Shown: positions 12,926-25,360 of the stretch, piece after piece
Layout of the letters: each line of letters begins with the position of its first letter
Numbering within the stretch: the first letter of the stretch is position 1
Source: Octopus sinensis
Lineage: Eukaryota
Direction: 5' to 3'
Length of the DNA: 64,000 bases
Assembly: GCF_006345805.1 (NCBI RefSeq)
Contig: NC_043006.1
Span: 84,816,001 to 84,880,000 of the forward strand
Made by a program: the position numbers and the translations under genes
Notes under the pieces: model-generated
What the model was told of the DNA's origin: nothing
Seen by the model: the letters and a program-made list of their open reading frames with translations, nothing else
Database searches by the model: none

Positions 12926-13150
12926 GTGTTGTGTGTGTGTGTGTGTGTGTGTGAGTGTGTGTCTTTGTGTATGTATTTGTCTCCCACCACTGCTTGACAA
13001 CCAGTGTTGGTGTGTTTGCATCCCTGTACCTTAGTGGTTCAACTGATAGAATAGGTACCAGGTTTTACAAAGAAATAAAAATTACTGGGATTGATTCTTC
13101 AAGGCAGTGCTCCAGCATAGTCACAGTCAAAGGACTGAAACCCGAAGAAA
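12723..13150 (+). mobile_element. SINE family B
   Basis: Family B motifs with internal (TG)n. Confidence 0.85.
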
Positions 13151-13599
13151 AAAAAAATATGTATATACAACATAAATCCCCTACAAAGCCCAACCCCACA
13201 CTGACAGGTCAAAGAACAGAGGGCACATTTATAGGGACCACCTCTTACCAGAGGTAAGAATGCACTTGTGGAGGGCCAACATCCCTACTGAGAAAAAAAA
13301 GCATAGTTACAAAAGCACAAATGACAATTCAAAAACAGCAGAGCCTACAAGAAGATCTTCTCAAAAAGACATCTCAGAGATGAGAATAGAGGGGAAAGCC
13401 ATCAACAACTGTGCTCTGTAGGGAGTGAAGAGCTTAATTAAGTAATATAACATAATTACAAACAAGACATTTTTTTCAAGATGTTCTAGCTAATTTAGTC
13501 TGGATTTTTTAAATCCTGGAATTATATATTTGAAAACTCGCTGTACAGCTAGAGATCTCTTGAAGCACATTCTTGGGGATGAGAACAGAGGAGGAAAAT

Positions 13600-13961
13600 C
13601 ATCAATTTTAGGGAGGGGTCATTCAATTAGATTGACCCCAGTATGCAACTGGTACTTAATTTATTGACCCCAAAAGGATGAAAGGCAAAGTCAGCCTCAG
13701 AAGAATTTGAGCTCAGAATGTAAAGACGGATGAAATACTCATTTACTATTTTTCAGTCATTTGACTGTGGCCTTGCTGGAGCACTGCCTTTAGTCGAGCA
13801 AACTGACCCAAGGACTTATTCTTTATAAGCCTAGTACTTATTCTATCGGTCTCTTTTGCCGAACTGCTAAGTTACAGGGACGTAATCACACCAGCGCCGG
13901 TTGTCAAGCGATGTTGGGTGGGGGGACAAACACAGACATACAAACATACACACACACATAC

Positions 13962-14026
<65 letters not shown>

Positions 14027-14222
14027 TACGACAGGTTTCTTTCAGTTTCTGTCTACCAAATCCACTCACAAGGCTTTGGTCGGCCCAAAGCTATAGTAGA
14101 AGACACTTGCCCAAGGTGTCATGCAGTGGGAATGAACCCAGAACCATGTGGTTGGTAAGCAAGCTACTTACCACACAGCCACGCCTACACCTGGCATGCT
14201 AACATTTCTGCCAGGTCGCCTA
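13600..14222 (-). mobile_element. SINE family A (tail 2) interrupted by SINE B
   Basis: A body 13600-13740, A head 14187-14222. Confidence 0.7.
13741..14186 (-). mobile_element. SINE family B
   Basis: Full family B sequence with (TA)n. Confidence 0.9.
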
Positions 14223-15104
14223 CGCCCAGTGTGGTAACATTTCTGCCAGGTGGCTACCTTTCTGGAATTATATATTTGAAAGAACACTGTACACCTAGAG
14301 ATCTCTTGCAGCACATTCTTGGAGGACTTCTGCTTTAGAGAATCAATTTTAAATTTAGTAACAGCTATTGCATTTCACAATAGTACTTTTCTTTTTTTTT
14401 TGTTTGCATCTCAAAATTTGCCAATCCATGCTTTGAAGAGAAACCTCTGTTAGCATAGCAGGTTCAGTATTCTTTGAAAGACAAAAAAAAATCTCTCAGC
14501 CAAGAAAAACAAAATATTCCCCAAGGTGTAGGGTGGGTGGATTGTTGGGGAATGTGCACTTAGTTAAAGAGGTTTTGCAAAAAAAAAAGAAAAAGAATAT
14601 GTATTCATTCCAATTGAAAACATGACTAAGATAAAAAACAAAACATTTCTTCATGAGACAAAAACCTTGTGGAAACAATTTGAAATATTAGGAATCTATC
14701 TAATAGAAAGATAAGAAAAAACAAAATAATATAAAGCTGGCTTAAAGACAAAAGCAATAAACTTAGAGACTTAAACATATATACACACATGTACATATGC
14801 ACACACACACGCATACACATATTCACACACACATGCAAACACACATACACACACATGCACACGCACTCACGCGTTCACATCACTCGTTCAATACCATAAA
14901 ATGTTTCCCTTTCCTTTACATTCATCGTTTCAATCTGTTGCAGCCATCATCCACCATCACCACATCAGATGTTAATACATATCAACTGTAATCCTGGATT
15001 GGGAGAGTCAAAAGGTTTTTAACATTTATCCAAGGGGCCACATAGAGTCTCCAGAGAGAAGGGGTAACTTAACATTCCTTCTCTAGAGTGACTGTAAAAA
15101 AACA

Positions 15105-15265
15105 GTCCTGGCTCTGCGGGTAAAAAGTTTGCTTCCCAACCACATGGTTTCAAGTTCAGTCCTACTATGAGGCACCTTGAGCAAATGTCTTCTACTAAAA
15201 CCTCAAGCAGACCAAAGCCTTGTCAGTGGATTTGGTACAGAAAAACTGAAGGAAGCTTGTCATAT
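15105..15265 (+). mobile_element. SINE family B, 5' half
   Basis: CCCAACCACATGGTT...CACCTTGAGCAAATGTCTTCTAC...AACTGAAGGAAGC. Confidence 0.7.
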
Positions 15266-15276
15266 ATATACGATTA

Positions 15277-15800
15277 TCATCATTTAACATCTATGCTCCA
15301 TGCTCCATGCTGGCATGGGTTGGATTTTTTGACATGACCTAATAAGAACAGGGACTGCATTGTGCTCCTGTGTCAGTTTTGGAATGGTTTCTACAGTGGG
15401 ATGCCCTTCATAATGCCAACCCCCTTTCCACTGCAAACTGGGTGCATTTTCATTTCACCAGCACAACTGAGGTTACCATGCAGCTTACAAGGCTTCAAAC
15501 CCCAAGGGGGCAGCTTTATACTGGAAACTGGGAGGATGGAAAAAAAATAAGAGAGAAGGGACCAGAGCAGAACAGGTCCTTATTGTCGAGGAGATCCATG
15601 ACTACTCACATTTTTGAAGAAATAGGGGGTGATCGGGTGGGCCTGGAAAGAAATGGAAATAAGGTAAGTAGAAGTGAGTGGGGACAGATGGACCAGAAGT
15701 GTGGGTTAGTGAATGTTGCAAGATATATGGGGACAGTGAGAGAAAGGGAATAGGTGAGGAGAGAGAAGACAGGTAAAGGACTGTACATCTGCCCTTCAAC
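15277..15800 (-). mobile_element. Family C / RTE 3' region, degenerate
   Basis: CATCATCATTTAACATC...CCATGCTGGCATGGGTTGGA...GATGCCCTTC; pyrimidine-rich UTR on minus strand like 22150-22380. Confidence 0.55.
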
Positions 15801-15809
15801 CCTACCCAG

Positions 15810-16480
15810 TCTTTAAAGGATTGTGGCCATGCTGGGGCACCTGTCTTGAAGGGTTTTAGTGAAACTGATTGAGACTATTCTTTTACTCTGACTGCAGCCA
15901 TGCTGGAGCACCAAGTTAAAGGGTTTTTTAGAAAAGAAATTGCCTCCAGGACTTATTTTTTGTAAGCCTAGTACTTATTCTATCAGTCCCTTTTGCCAAA
16001 GCACTAAGTTATAGAACATAAGCACACCAACACAGGTTGTCAAGCAGTGATCGGGGTGGGGTGGGGGAACAAACACAAACCCACACACATATAAATACAC
16101 ACACACACACACACACATATATGATGGGCTTCTTTCAGTTTCTGTTTACCAAATCCACTCACAAGACTTTGGCTGTGCTGAGGCTATAGTTGAAGACACT
16201 TGCCCAAGGTACCACGCAGTGGGACTGAACCTGGAACCATGTGGTTAGGAAACAACCTTCTTGCCACAAAGCCATGCCTAAGTCTGGCATTTGTTCTATC
16301 AGTCTCTTTTGCTGAACTGCTAAGTTATGTGAATGAAAACAAACCAAAACCAATTATCAATGGTTGGGTTGGGGGGGGGACAAACACACACATATATGAC
16401 AGGCTTCCATACAGTTTCTATCTACCAAATTCACTTAAAAAGCTTCCGTGACCCAGGGCCATAGTAGAAGACACTTGCCT
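15810..16480 (-). mobile_element. SINE family B plus second partial copy
   Basis: Family B motifs 15810-16280 and 16285-16480. Confidence 0.75.
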
Positions 16481-17088
16481 AAGGCGTAAAGATTGGGTAG
16501 AGTTGAAGGGCAGACATAATAAATGGTGGTGGTGGTGATGGTGTTGATGGCAATGGTGATGAGGAAGATGAAAATTTAACATGGATGATAAAATGGAACC
16601 AGGAAGAATACTATCAATTTCAAGATTACACCAAAATATATTTCAAGATATAACCAAGATTAATTTCAGTTCAAACTTTGTTTATATTCTTTACTCATGA
16701 ATCAGCATTAGAGTGTAGCGTAGAGAGAGAGAGAGAGAGAGAGAGAGTGAGTGTGTGTGTGTGTGTGTGCGCACTCATGTGCACGTTTGCGTGTGTGGGT
16801 GGAATCAGCTTTTAAGGGGGTATAGGAAGAAAGTGATAGCAAAGATGTGTCAGGGTTCTAGAGCAGATGACGCTAGCTAGCAGTACCACTGTCAGTGGTA
16901 GTAAATAATAAAAAAAAAAATTGGGGAAGGAATGGTTAGGGAAGCCTATTGTCTGAGACAGGTGCTTCTGTAAAGAACCAAATTAAGCTGTGTAATGATT
17001 TTAATAACAGATGTTTGCTATGATGTAAGAAGTCTTTCCTTCCTCTAGTTTCCTCTTTTTGTGAGTCATATTATTATTATTATTATTA

Positions 17089-17119
<31 letters not shown>

Positions 17120-17579
17120 GTTACTATTATTTTGCTTCTTGTTTTCCTTTAACGAGCAGCCAAATTATATTTTTAGAATATTCCAACAGACTTTGTTATT
17201 TTCAATTTTATTTAATTATCTATCTACATACCCGAATGCTTGCTTGTTTCTAAGTCTGTCTGTCTCACTCTCTTTCTTTCTCTCTCACTCACTCTCTCTC
17301 TCTTTGGCACAGTCTAACTATACTTATTTAGCGATATATTTACATAGGTACTAACACACAGACACACTCAAACATACCATTAATATATCTTATCTGAAAA
17401 TTAATATATTATTAAATGCTACCTTATGGAACACCTTCCATGCATATTTGTATGTACATAAATATATCTAGCCATCCGTATAACATCCATCCTCCCATCT
17501 AACCATCCATCCACCCCTACATGCATATACAATCCTGAGAGATATCAAAGAACTCAGGCACCAAAACCACTGAATATTA

Positions 17580-17750
17580 AAAAAGTAGTGGTTGGGATGG
17601 TCTCTGAGAAAAATTTAATAAAATGCAAATATAACAGATCAGACATAGTGATTAGGGACAGGAAAAAGAAACTATGTACAGCTGAGTAAGTCAGCTGCCC
17701 AGCATGTATCAAAATGAAGCTAAAGATAAGTGAGAAAAATAAAACACCCA
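17580..17750 (+). mobile_element. RLE-type LINE fragment
   Basis: KCKYNRSDIVIRDRKKKLCTAE*VSCPACIKMKLKISEK resembles the NRPDIV...(E/D)VS.P.D....K..EK RLE catalytic region. Confidence 0.55.
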
Positions 17751-17766
17751 TGCTAAACTATTCAAA

Positions 17767-17815
<49 letters not shown>

Positions 17816-17830
17816 GCAATAATAATAATA

Positions 17831-17866
<36 letters not shown>

Positions 17867-17976
17867 TAATAATAATAATGATAATAATAATAGTAATAAT
17901 AATAATAGCGATAATAATAATAATAATAGTAATAATAATAGTAATAATAGTAATAATAATAATAATAGTAATAATA

Positions 17977-18031
<55 letters not shown>
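17767..18031. repeat. ~265-bp (AAT)n array with AGT/AGC interruptions
   Basis: Direct inspection. Confidence 0.97.
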
Positions 18032-18032
<1 letters not shown>

Positions 18033-18215
18033 TGTTTAACATCCGCTTTCCATGCTAGTATGGGCTGGACGATTTGACTGAAGACTGGTGAACCAGATGG
18101 CTGCACCAGGCTCCAATCTAATCTTGCAATGTTTCTACAGCTGGATGCCCTTCCTAATGTCAACCACTCTGAGAGTGTAGTGGGTGCTTTTACGTGCCAC
18201 CGGCACGAGGGCCAG
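18032..18215 (-). mobile_element. Family C
   Basis: GTTTAACATCCGCTTTCCATGCTAG...GGATGCCCTTCCTAA...GTGCTTTTACGTGCCACCGG. Confidence 0.85.
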
Positions 18216-18590
18216 GACAAGATATTAAAAGATCTTATTCAAGTGGACAAGAAGTTAGAAAATATTAGACCTGACATAACGACTGTAGATAAGGAAAAGC
18301 AAAGTTTCTTACTTATCGACCCATCATGCTCATTTGATTCCAGGATTGTGAAAAAAAGAGGAAAAAAATTTTTAAATATACAATTCCTTAAAATTTGAAA
18401 TAGGAAGAATTTGGAGCATGCAAACAGTAAAGGGTTGTGCCTATGATAATTGGTGTGTTGGGAACTGTAAGTGAAGATATAGACAAAATGGCTAAAGGAG
18501 ATTGGAATAGAATGCACTGTAGAGTTTCTACAGAAAGTGTGTCTCTTAGGGATAACAAGGATTATCAGGAGGGTTCTAAGCACTTGTGCT
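18216..18590 (+). mobile_element. RLE-type LINE fragment with PD-D motif
   Basis: VDKKLENIRPDITTVDKEKQSFLLIDPSCSFDSRIVKK then, frameshifted, FEIGRIWSMQTVRVVPMIIGVLGTV...LQKVCLLGITRIIRRVL. Confidence 0.8.
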
Positions 18591-18594
18591 GAAA

Positions 18595-18947
18595 ACTTGT
18601 AGAAACCTAAGGCTACAAAATACAAAGATCTGGAAATAGAGGTAACTTGAATGTGGAGTCTAAAAACAATTCATATCATAGTAGATGCATTAGGTTTGAT
18701 AAAGAAATATTCAGACAAATATATAATAAATTACCAGGACTAAGTAGTATATATAACATACAGAAGATAACACTACTATGCACTGCACACATCCTATGTA
18801 AAACAATTTCAATACAGTAAAAACAAGAGCATCACGACAAACCACAGCAGATACCCAAGGCGCACAGGGCTGCACTCAGTAGTGCAGTGAAAGCATGTGA
18901 TAAAAATAAGAGTATTGAATAACAACAACAATAATAATAATAATAAC
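18595..18947 (+). mobile_element. RLE-type LINE 3' end with UTR and (AAC/AAT)n tail
   Basis: KYKDLEIEVT*MWSLK...IVDALGLIKKYSDKYI..LPGLSSIYNIQKITLLCTAHIL. Confidence 0.75.
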
Positions 18948-19135
18948 AGGTTCCAAATTTTGGCATAAAGCCAGAAATTTCGGGGTCAGGGAGCTAGTAA
19001 ATGACACTGGCCCCAGTGTTCAACAGTACTTATTTTATCAACCCTGAATGGTTGAAAGACAAAGTCAACTTCAGCAGAATTTGAACTTCAGAACATAAAG
19101 ACAGACGTAATACTGCTAAGCATTTTGCCTATTTC
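18947..19135 (-). mobile_element. SINE family A (tail 2)
   Basis: Family A motifs. Confidence 0.75.
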
Positions 19136-19752
19136 TAAAACCTTGCAAGGCAGGTGCCTTAGCATGGTTACAATCCAATGAGTGAAACAAATAAAAGAAA
19201 AAGAATACACACCATTGGGTTTTTTTTTTTTCTGTAATAACAGATTGAAAATATTGACAGAAAATGAAAGGAAAAATAGGAATTTTTCGTTTGAGGAAAA
19301 ACGAAGAACTGGAAAGCTCTTTTATTTAACCAATAAAACTATGCCAAAATTTTTGTCCAAATAAAGATATAAATAAACAAATAGATATATAACAATAAAT
19401 AAGTAAAAAAAATAGCTACAAATGGAAATAAGAAAACAAAATGTGGAGCTTTTAGTCAAATGAATACCAATTAAAATGATTAAAATGATTAGTGAAAGTT
19501 AGTTGTTTCATGAGTGATAAGTAATACAATGATGTTTTTAGTTTTTATACATGAAAGGAAAATGCTACTTAATGAAAACCCATTTGAGAAAATGAGGTAC
19601 TTAAGCCAGTTCTTTGCATTTTTCTTTCCAAACTTAAGAACATGCTTTGGTAAAAGTTTTATATATAAAAGTGTGTGTGTGTGTGTGTATGCACATTCAT
19701 GTATGTATATATGCAATATATATAATATCATAAATGTATATCTATCTATCTA

Positions 19753-19789
<37 letters not shown>

Positions 19790-19792
<3 letters not shown>

Positions 19793-20175
19793 GAAGCACT
19801 CCGTCAGTTACGACGACGAGGGTTCCGGTTGATCCGAATCAACGGAACAGCCTGCTCATGAAATTAACGTGTAAGTGGCTGAGCACTCCACAGACACGTG
19901 TACCCTTAACGTAGTTCTCGGGGATATTCAGCATGACACAGAGAGTGACAAGGCCGGCCCTTTGAAATACAGGTACAACAGAAACAGGAAGTAAGAGTAA
20001 GAGGAAGTTGTCATGAAAGAGTACAGCAGGGATCACCACCATCCCCTGCCAGAGCCTCGTGGAGCTTTAGGTGTTTTCGCTCAATAAACACTCACAACGC
20101 CCGGTCTGAGAATCGAAACCGCGATCCTATGACCGCGAGTCCGCTGCCCTAACCACTGGGCCATTGCGCCTCCAC
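19790..20175 (-). mobile_element. SINE family D (tRNA-Arg-like head), CpG-rich, apparently young
   Basis: Minus strand GTGGAGGCGCAATGGCCCAGTGGTTAGGGCAGCGGACTCGCGGTCATAGGATCGCGGTTTCGATTC; 3' tail shared with 42945-43270. Confidence 0.85.
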
Positions 20176-21136
20176 AATATATATGAAGTTAGCACAAGGC
20201 ATGAGGATGTGGAAGAAGAAGGTTTAAACTATTTATCAGTTAGCAGTAGTTTATTTTCAACTCCATAAGACACTGAGACAGGGCTCTATGTGGTCAATCA
20301 ACGTGATAGAAATAGCTGAAAATTTTCCCTCAGATTTCAACATTCTGTCTTAAAAAGGCAAATAACAGAAAGGGCACATTAAATAACATAGTCCAAGATA
20401 GACTATGTCTCTCAAATATAAACCACACATGATTGCAGCCGGAATATCCTTGATCATACATCTTTGTGATCAGAGCTGACCTGGAGAATAATATATTATT
20501 GGTATTTACCCTCTTGGCCCTCTGTGTAATCAAATCTCAATAGATGTGCTAAAACTACTGTCTATTACAACCAAATATATTCTGTTCTATTTTGCATCTT
20601 CTATCCATCAACTACCGCTGTTGTTGTGAGCCAACAATGTTTTGTACCTACTCAGGTTTCAATTTTACAGTCAACATTATCATGTTTCAGATAAGCACAA
20701 GTAGAGCTTTATATATATAGATGATGATGATGATGAAGATAGTGATGATATCATCATCTTCATTTAACATCCGTTTTCCATGCTGTATAACTTTATGTAT
20801 ATGTATATGTAGTTTACTGCTTCATCTGTGAGTGATAAATATCATTTAATATACATGGTATTTAAATATCAGCTACTGATAGTTTCATGCCATGGAAACA
20901 CAATCATTCAGCAGATTTACATAACATGCTTTGTGTCTCCAAATAATCATTCAGGCTAAAAATACATATAGGTGGTTTATTTGAAAAACAGGAACACTTG
21001 TCTATGAGAAAACATGACAAGGAACAACATATATATATAAGGCAATTAAGAAAATGGAGAGGATAATCAATCAACTAACATCAGCCTGCAGACATTCATT
21101 TATATCTATTTATTAATTGATTACAATTATTACACT

Positions 21137-21306
21137 CACGGAGTGATCACTACATTCACGGAGTGGTTGGCATTAGGAAGGGCATCTAGCTGTAGAAACA
21201 CTGCCAGATCAGACTGGAGCCTGGGGCAGCCGCCTGGCTTCTCAGATCCCGGTTGAACCGTCCAACCTGTGCTAGCACGGAAAATGGACATTAAACGATG
21301 ATGATA
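21137..21306 (+). mobile_element. Family C
   Basis: Family C motifs. Confidence 0.85.
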
Positions 21307-21684
21307 ATCAAAATACACCCATGAAATATGCAAATAAGCTGGATGCCCTTCCTAAAGCCAACTACCTTACAGAGTGGATTGAGTGCTTTTTAGGTAGGAG
21401 GATTCAAAAGGGGTCTCAGGGAGCAGTTTACAACCACATTTCTTAAAAATTGTGGTAGAGGCCTTAGTCTCGGGACCACTCATGTCTAGAAATTGAGGCT
21501 GGGAGTAAGCAAGGGCATGCTCCCCATAGAAAATCCAGCTCCAAAAAAGCCTCATGATAGCAAGGGAGAATGGGCACCAGCCAACCCAAAGGTTGGGGTG
21601 GGCTGCAGCTGCCTACCTCGGTTGCTATGGCATTGAGGCAGATCCAGCCACCCATTATCAGCGACAAAACCTGGACTTAAAAGA

Positions 21685-21722
<38 letters not shown>

Positions 21723-21929
21723 GGTTTTCTTTGGTTTCCATGTAACAAGTTCACTCACAAGATTTTAGTCAACCTGAGACTATAGTAGATGACACTTGTG
21801 CAAGGGATCATGCATTTGGAATGACAGCTGAACCACGTGAATGGGAAGCAATTTCTTACTTCACAGCCACAACTGTTCCCCCCCACACACAATATAAGAG
21901 CAAATATGTTAAGAGAAAAGTTGGGCATA

Positions 21930-22690
21930 AGAGGAATCAAATGCAGCATGCAAGAGAGAAGATTACGTTGGTTTGGACACATGATGCCTATTTAGGAAGA
22001 CAACCCTACTCTCTACTCATGCCCTGCCATTTGTATTATGACCTGTATGCCTTGAGGGAATGCCCTGGCATGTGCCACCATCTATCTATCTCTTCCTTTA
22101 CTCCACTATTCCATTTATATTCTGATCCCCGTCTCTTGTGAATATGCTCAACACTTTACAACCATCTTTCTCCTTCTCTCCCTCTCTTGCTGTCTCCCAT
22201 TCTCTCTTTCCCTCTCCCTTTCTCTCTTCCACCCTCTCTCTCTCTCTGGCCAGGTAACCATGTATCTCCCCTACAGCAAGACACCTGTTTCTGTCTCTCT
22301 CTATCACACTCTAATCTTTCATCATCTGACACAAGATCACATCCTCCAATGCCCCTCCCCTCTCAGGATGTTTGCCTTGCAAGTTACATGAAGACCCTGC
22401 CAGTGCTGGTGCCATGTAAAAAGCATCCAGTTCACACTGTAAAGGGGTTGGCATTTGGGAGGGCATCCAGTTGTAAAAACCATGCTAAAACTGACCTAGC
22501 TTGTGCTCATGTCATGTAAAAAGCACTCAGCCTACTCTACAGGGTGGTTGGTGTTAGGAAGAGCATCCAGCTATAAAAACTGCAAAACAGACATGCAAGC
22601 CTGGTGCAGTCTTCTGCCTGGCCAGCTCCGGTCAAACCGTCCGGCCCATGCAATTATAGAAGGCAGACATTAAACATTGATGATGATGAT
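21930..22690 (+). mobile_element. RTE-type LINE 3' remnant (ORF end plus UTR)
   Basis: GIKCSMQERRLRWFGHMM (RTE-like RLRWFGH motif) followed by pyrimidine-rich UTR and family C end. Confidence 0.7.
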
Positions 22691-23122
22691 CATCATGATA
22701 TATAATCTATGTTTTCTTTGGATGTGCATCAATGTTTCTAGTAAAAATATGTACATGTATTACACAAACATACAATGCCATCATCAGCAGGCACAGAAAG
22801 GGTACTAGAGCAAGGTTACTGGCTTGATATATACACACAATACATCATGAATGTGTGATTATGAAGTTCATTCGCAATGATAGTTTTGAGTTCAATCTCA
22901 CCCTGCAGCATCTTGGGAAAAAGTGTTCTATTATAACCCCAGGCCAACCAATACTTTGACAGTGCATGTGTGTGTGAGTTTGTGTATCTATGAGTGTGTG
23001 TGTGTGTTTGTGCACGTATGTGTGTTAGTGTGTATGTGTGTGCATGTTTCTATACATCTGTAGATACAAATGTACACATACACATACATCTACACACACA
23101 CAAACACACACACACAAACATG

Positions 23123-23838
23123 AAGCACGACCTTCGAACTTTAGGTCTCACTGAGGAAATGACTAGAGACCGAGACCTCTGGAAGTGTGCTGTGCGCGAG
23201 AAGACCCGGCAGGACAAGTGAGTCCATAACCCGTGGCCTTCTACATGGGATGGAGCCAGCCTACGTATGCATACCTTCCCTTCTTGGGACACAAAACTCT
23301 ACTTGTGAAGACCTGTTGAGGCAAGTGAGGATCAGAATGGAAATCGATCAATGGAAATTGCGGATGTGCTACCAGTGCCGGTGGCATGTCAAAACTCTGC
23401 TTGTGAAGACCCGTTGAGGCAAGTGACGATCAGAATCGAAATCGATCAATGGAAATCGATCAATGGAAATCGATCAATGGAAATTGCAGATGTGTTACCA
23501 GTGCCGGTGGCATGTAAGAGAACTTTCCGTTTCGCGACCGTTGCCAGCACCGCCCCGTTTCGTGTCCGTTGCCAGCCTCGCCTGGCCCTCGTGCCGGTGG
23601 CACATAAAAAGCACCATCCGTTCGTGGCCGTTTGCCAGCTCTGTCTGGCACCAGTGCGGGTGGCACGTAAAAAGCACCCACTACACTCACGGAGTGGTTG
23701 GCGTTAGGAAGGGCATCCAGCCGTAGAAACACTGCCAGATTTGACTGGGCCTGATGAAGCCTTCTGGCTTCACAGACCCCAGTAGAACCGTCCAACCCAT
23801 GCTAGCATGGAAAACGGACGCTAAACGATGATGATGAT
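23123..23838 (+). mobile_element. RTE-type LINE 3' end: ORF C-terminus plus complete ~620-bp 3' UTR (family C master form)
   Basis: KHDLRTLGLTEEMTRDRDLWKCAVREKTRQDK* (stop 23219-23221) is a typical RTE C-terminus; the CpG-rich UTR ends in the family C tail. Confidence 0.85.
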
Positions 23839-24319
23839 TATATATATAAGGATATAAATGCTAAGAGCATGATGGGTTTTAGGAGGTTATGAAGTATTAA
23901 ACATGAAAACAGCCAAGAGGGGAGAGAATGAAAGAGAAATGTGAGAGATAAAAGAAAGAGAGAGAGAGAGAGAGTGTGTGTGTGTGTGTGTGCATGTGTG
24001 TCAAGGAGAAAGGGAGACAGAGTGATATTTAAAGATAGATAGATAAATAAAGAGATATAAATATAGACACATATACAAAGAAAGAGAGAGAGAGAGAGAG
24101 AAAATGCCCCTGTGTCAAAGAGAAAGAGATATACAGTGATATTTAAAGATAAATAGATAAGAGCTGGAAATATGAATAAACAGATAAATAGATGCATTCA
24201 CACACATGTGCATGCGTGCATGCAATACACACACATATATATATGTGGATATCATGATGATCACTATCACCATCATTTAACGTGCATCTTCCATGCTGGC
24301 ATGGGTTGGACATTATACA

Positions 24320-24377
<58 letters not shown>

Positions 24378-25090
24378 TAGGTGGGGAGAAAGAGACAGAA
24401 AGAGTGCCTAATTGTCAAAGAGGGATAGAGAGTGTTATTTAAAGAAAGAAAGAAAGAAAGAAGAAAGAAAGAAAATAGGATAGATACAAAGATGGTTTGA
24501 TATAGAGAGACAAACAGACAGACATACATGCATACATACATAGGAAGGCTGAGAGGGAGATAATGTCTAATGATTAAAGAGAAAGCACGACAGAGATTTA
24601 TACATACACATACACGCATGCATATATATGTTTGTGTGTGTGTGTGTGTGTGTACATTGTTTCTTCAGAGAGAGAGAGAGGGAGAGAGAGAAGGAGAGAG
24701 GTGTGGAGGGAAAGAAAGAATGAAAGGTGGTAGTTATTGGTTGTGAAAAAAGGTAGTGTGAAGAAGGTTGATGTCATTCTGACATTTAATAAGACAACAG
24801 TCATCACACTATATTATAGAATGGTTCCTTGTTCTGCTAGGATGCCAGAGGTTGTGGATAATGTGTAGGCTATGCATGGCACAGGGGCATGTTTTCAATG
24901 CAGTCTTATTTCAGATATTTTTCTTTTTCCTTTTCCTCTTTTGACAGCCATACAAGTTCTTATTCAACCGCAGATCATCTCTGAAGAGAACTCTATGATC
25001 AAAGACATTCCAGATATGAACGTCTTGTCTATCTTTTGCCGCCTTTTTAAGGACATTCTAAACATATCTTTTATATATATTTTTTTTATG

Positions 25091-25326
25091 CAGGGTGGCC
25101 CAAAAGTAGGTTTACAGTTATCACATAGGCACTTAAAATTTCTTATAAAACATTTTATTACACTCAAATTTCTATCTTACAAACTGAAAAGGGAGCTTGT
25201 CAAAATTAACTAAATTAGCATAGAATAATGGTTTCATATTTTTTTTATAATTAAGATCTAAATTGTTAATATATGAATGCAAAAGAGATAGTTCAGAAAC
25301 TGTAAACTTACTTTTGGGTCACCTTG
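25091..25326. mobile_element. Tc1/mariner-type MITE
   Basis: TIRs CAGGGTGGCCCAAAAGTAGGTTTACAGTT / AACTGTAAACTTACTTTTGGGTCACCTTG, TA at right flank. Confidence 0.85.

Positions 25327-25360
<34 letters not shown>

Noticed and set aside
23294-23680. Repeat-and-spacer-like pattern suggesting CRISPR
   Set aside because: Eukaryotic context; the units are internal duplications of an RTE 3' UTR without unique spacers.
23748-23775. CTGATGA followed by hairpin AGCC-TTCT-GGCT
   Set aside because: No GAAA after stem II; other family C copies read CTGGTGCA, so it is a chance variant.
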